Below, one piece after another: positions 61,421 through 64,000 of a stretch of DNA of 64,000 nt. A program made the position numbers and the translations under genes. The notes under the pieces are model-generated. The model worked only from the letters and a program-made list of their open reading frames with translations, ran no database searches and was not told the origin of the DNA. The stretch's first letter is position 1; every line of letters begins with the position of its first letter. The stretch lies in sequence record LR535904.1. One strand, 5' to 3'.

Positions 61421-62380
61421 GTCATGTACCTGCACTTTAATGCCTAATTAGGCCTCGCTGGGAGGAGGAAATCCTCCTCCGCTTACAACCAGGTTCTGCT
61501 GCTGCAGCTGGATGACACTCTGTGCACCAACTTCCAGGGCACTGATGATGGCACTGCTTCAGGCGACGATCCTAAGAAACCGGTTGAAGGTGCAAACACT
61601 TCTGATGAGCCTGCGGATTATAACCTGAAAGGTGCTAACGTGTTGTACGTTGGTTCTACTGCTGGCGACTCTGCATTCCCGGTTGAGCTGAATAAAGTTG
61701 TGCCGGAACTGTGGGTTGCATACGGTGTAGACTGCACAGCAATCGCAGCATTCCTGAAAGTACAGGCGAAAGGTGTTATCGACGGCCTGGTTTACCCAGA
61801 TGGTCCAAGCGAAGCGAAGGGTCAGGGCTACATCTACTCTATCGGTGCTAAGCCTCAGGTTGGTGAACGTCTGAGTCTGGTGGTAACACAAACCAAGCTC
61901 GACCATGTCATTACCTTCAAAGAAGACTGCTACGCTTATCTGGGCAGCATCCCGGTTAAAATTCCGGAAAATACCAACCCGCCGCTGACTAACCCGAACG
62001 ATCCGGACCCAGCACCGGTTACGACCCTGAACACCCAATACGGATTGAAGCTGACCGAAGACGATATCGTTCCGGCGGCTTTCCGTAATGTAACAGCATA
62101 CCTCGACGTTAAACTGCCGAAAACCACCACAGACCTGCTGAACTCCGGGTACATCGGTACTCAGGACGTGACTTATAATCGCCTGGAAGGCAGTGCGCTG
62201 ACCCCTATTAGCGATGAAGGTGCCGATCGCAATACCAGCATGACCCTGACTGCGAAAAAGATTAATGAGAAAAACCCAGACGCAGAACTGGAACTTTCTA
62301 AAATAACGCTCGGCACACCGGTAAAGGAAGTAAGAATGAAACCTTTAAACAAAACGTCCGATCAGCTGGTTCTGGATTTT
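61421..62380 (+). CDS. Virion protein, RNT/YDRL family, about 303 aa
   Basis: Reordered: MKPLNKTSDQLVLDFINEKNP..DRNTSMTL..GYIG..YNRLEG; ends FQGVMYLHFNA*. Confidence 0.75.
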
Positions 62381-63280
62381 TACTGTCTGAATTTTGGCGG
62401 GCGTTTGTATTTGCACTACAACGACCCTGATTAATCCTGAAAAGCGGAATTACCAACCAACCCAGCAGTCGACAACGTGCTGATTGTGGAGCTGTCGTTG
62501 TACCGTAACCCAATCGACTTTAACCTTCGTGAAGCCGTCGTCGTCTATAACGGGCGTAACATAACCGCAGAACGTCTGGCACAGATTCTCAAAACGGTCA
62601 CCGGTGATAACTGGACAACGTATTCGTATCCCTGGCGCTTTGATAATTTCGCGGAGGAATTTCAACGACTAGGTGCTGCGTTAACAGTGACACCTTACGA
62701 GTATCCGTATTTCAACATCAAGGTCGGTCAAGGTGCAGTCGGGCAACAACAGGTACAGCTGTTACCAGGCGATGCGTTGCTTCCTGCAAACTTCGAACCC
62801 ATCGACAGGAAGACATGGCGTGTGGATCTGATTGCCACGCCCACTTCTTTAGGTTGGATAGGGTTAATTAACCAGTATTACGGTCTCAGCCTTAAACCTG
62901 CAGATGTGGTGAATACCGAAATTCAACCTTTACGTGTTCCTGCACGACTCGATACCGTATACCGGATGCACGACGTGGTCGCCACTACCGTGTATTACGA
63001 TCGTGTTGACTTCGCAGACATGTTTACCGACCCAGACGGAGCCAATGGTCATAACGCGATGGTGCGCATTCAGGCATTGGCCACCGCTAATGCTATCGGT
63101 GTCGAAGATGTGGTTTTCGGCGTCCCTGCGATTCCGACGTCTGACGAAGACCTGGCAAAAGCCACTGCTGAAAAGATTATTATCGCGGAGGTTAACATCG
63201 AAAACAATCTCGATTTAAAAACGCCGGTAATCTCATCCTTCACTATCTCCCGATATAAGGATTTTGACATGCCACTTTTA
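62381..63280 (+). CDS. Virion protein, RNT/YDRL family, about 281 aa
   Basis: Reordered: MPLLATAEKIIIAEVNIENN..HNAMVRI..YYDRVDF; ends FGGRLYLHYNDPD*. Confidence 0.75.
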
Positions 63281-64000
63281 ATAGTTACAACCCCGATTAT
63301 CAGCGTGTGGCGATTATCAAGCTAGCTGCGGACAGCAACTCTGAACAAATTGCGCTTCAAGGTGCACGATATATGGGGATAACTTCAGTCACACCGAACG
63401 AATTGCTTAACGAAGTGGTGCCATTAAAGTTTGCATATGTGACGGGGGCGACTGCGCAACTGCAAAAACAGTTCACTACCGATTGGGCTTACAACCGCGC
63501 AATCACCGCGGCGGATGTTGTCGTGGTTGCTAGTAAACCACAGGCTGAGTATGTGGCGTATGGTTACGATTGGACTGAACTCTTCCCGAACTTGGCGGAT
63601 GTGGTTACGGATGTTGACCTCAGCGCAATTATCGCGCCGTTGACTATTAAGCCCGGTTGCTTGGCCTGGCAAGGTGGTTTCCGTTTACGCTTTGCGAAGT
63701 TTGCCGACGATATCGTTGACCAGTCAGTAAAAGATTTGGGAGAAAGCTGGTTAATCGATGCGGTAAATAAACTCTCTGAGTTGTTGCCGTTTCTGAATGC
63801 GAAATACGGCTTGTCTTTAGACGACCGTATCGAAATGGAAATTCTGTTCAGGAACGTAATACCGGTAGTCGTTGCCGACCCACGTGTGCTCTTATACGGG
63901 TTGAACGGCAAGGGCTACAAAGGCAACGTTACGCTCGAATGGGAGCAGGTTGCAACTGGCTTCCCTGAGTCTGTCCAAACGCCTGGCGCTGACCGGAATA
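63221..64000 (+). CDS. Virion protein, RNT/YDRL family, N-terminus outside window
   Basis: Reordered: ..GADRNTRVLLYGLNGKGYKGNVTLEYDRI..; ends YAGNLILHYLPI*. Almost absent from the track. Confidence 0.7.

Noticed and set aside
279-63911. Many short antisense or off-frame ORFs in the track
   Set aside because: They overlap well-supported genes and have no recognisable motif; those crossing block junctions are chimeric by construction.
1-64000. Biological gene scrambling (ciliate-like) or programmed inversions
   Set aside because: The period is exactly 60 nt, ignores gene boundaries, cuts codons and hairpins, shows no pointer repeats, and equals a standard FASTA line width.
1-64000. tRNA, rRNA, integrase, transposase or homing endonuclease genes
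   Set aside because: None recognised by eye. A tRNA would be split by the 60-nt blocks, so tRNAscan-SE on the reordered sequence is needed to exclude them.

Overview
The window as given is not a natural linear sequence. It consists of exact 60-nt blocks (boundaries after every position equal to 40 mod 60: 41-100, 101-160 ... 63941-64000) in reversed order, equivalent to reverse-complementing each line of a 60-column FASTA in place. The real sequence is recovered by reading the blocks from last to first (+ strand), or by reverse-complementing each block from first to last (- strand). The supplied ORF track therefore shows proteins cut into 20-aa pieces in reverse order, with false stops at junctions. 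Feature coordinates below are the envelope of blocks holding each hand-reconstructed gene; + genes have their N-terminus at the HIGH end and - genes at the LOW end. Lengths are hand counts that assume no stop at junctions I did not translate. Once restored, this is about 64 kb of a phiKZ-like (Chimalliviridae) jumbo phage, probably with an enterobacterial host. It holds a spanin-like pair, virion proteins, a signal-peptide lytic transglycosylase, a macro domain, GNATs, SbcC, four paralogous secreted Cys proteins, a central spike, four tail-fibre-like genes, a GH108/DUF1353/M15 cassette, a gp38-adhesin-like protein and large tandem virion paralog arrays. The main biological signal is a RiPP-like cluster at the end of the tail-fibre operon (36.0-41.4 kb): three Cys-x-x-x-repeat proteins missed by the track, two radical SAM enzymes, two unknown proteins and a DUF4376-like protein.
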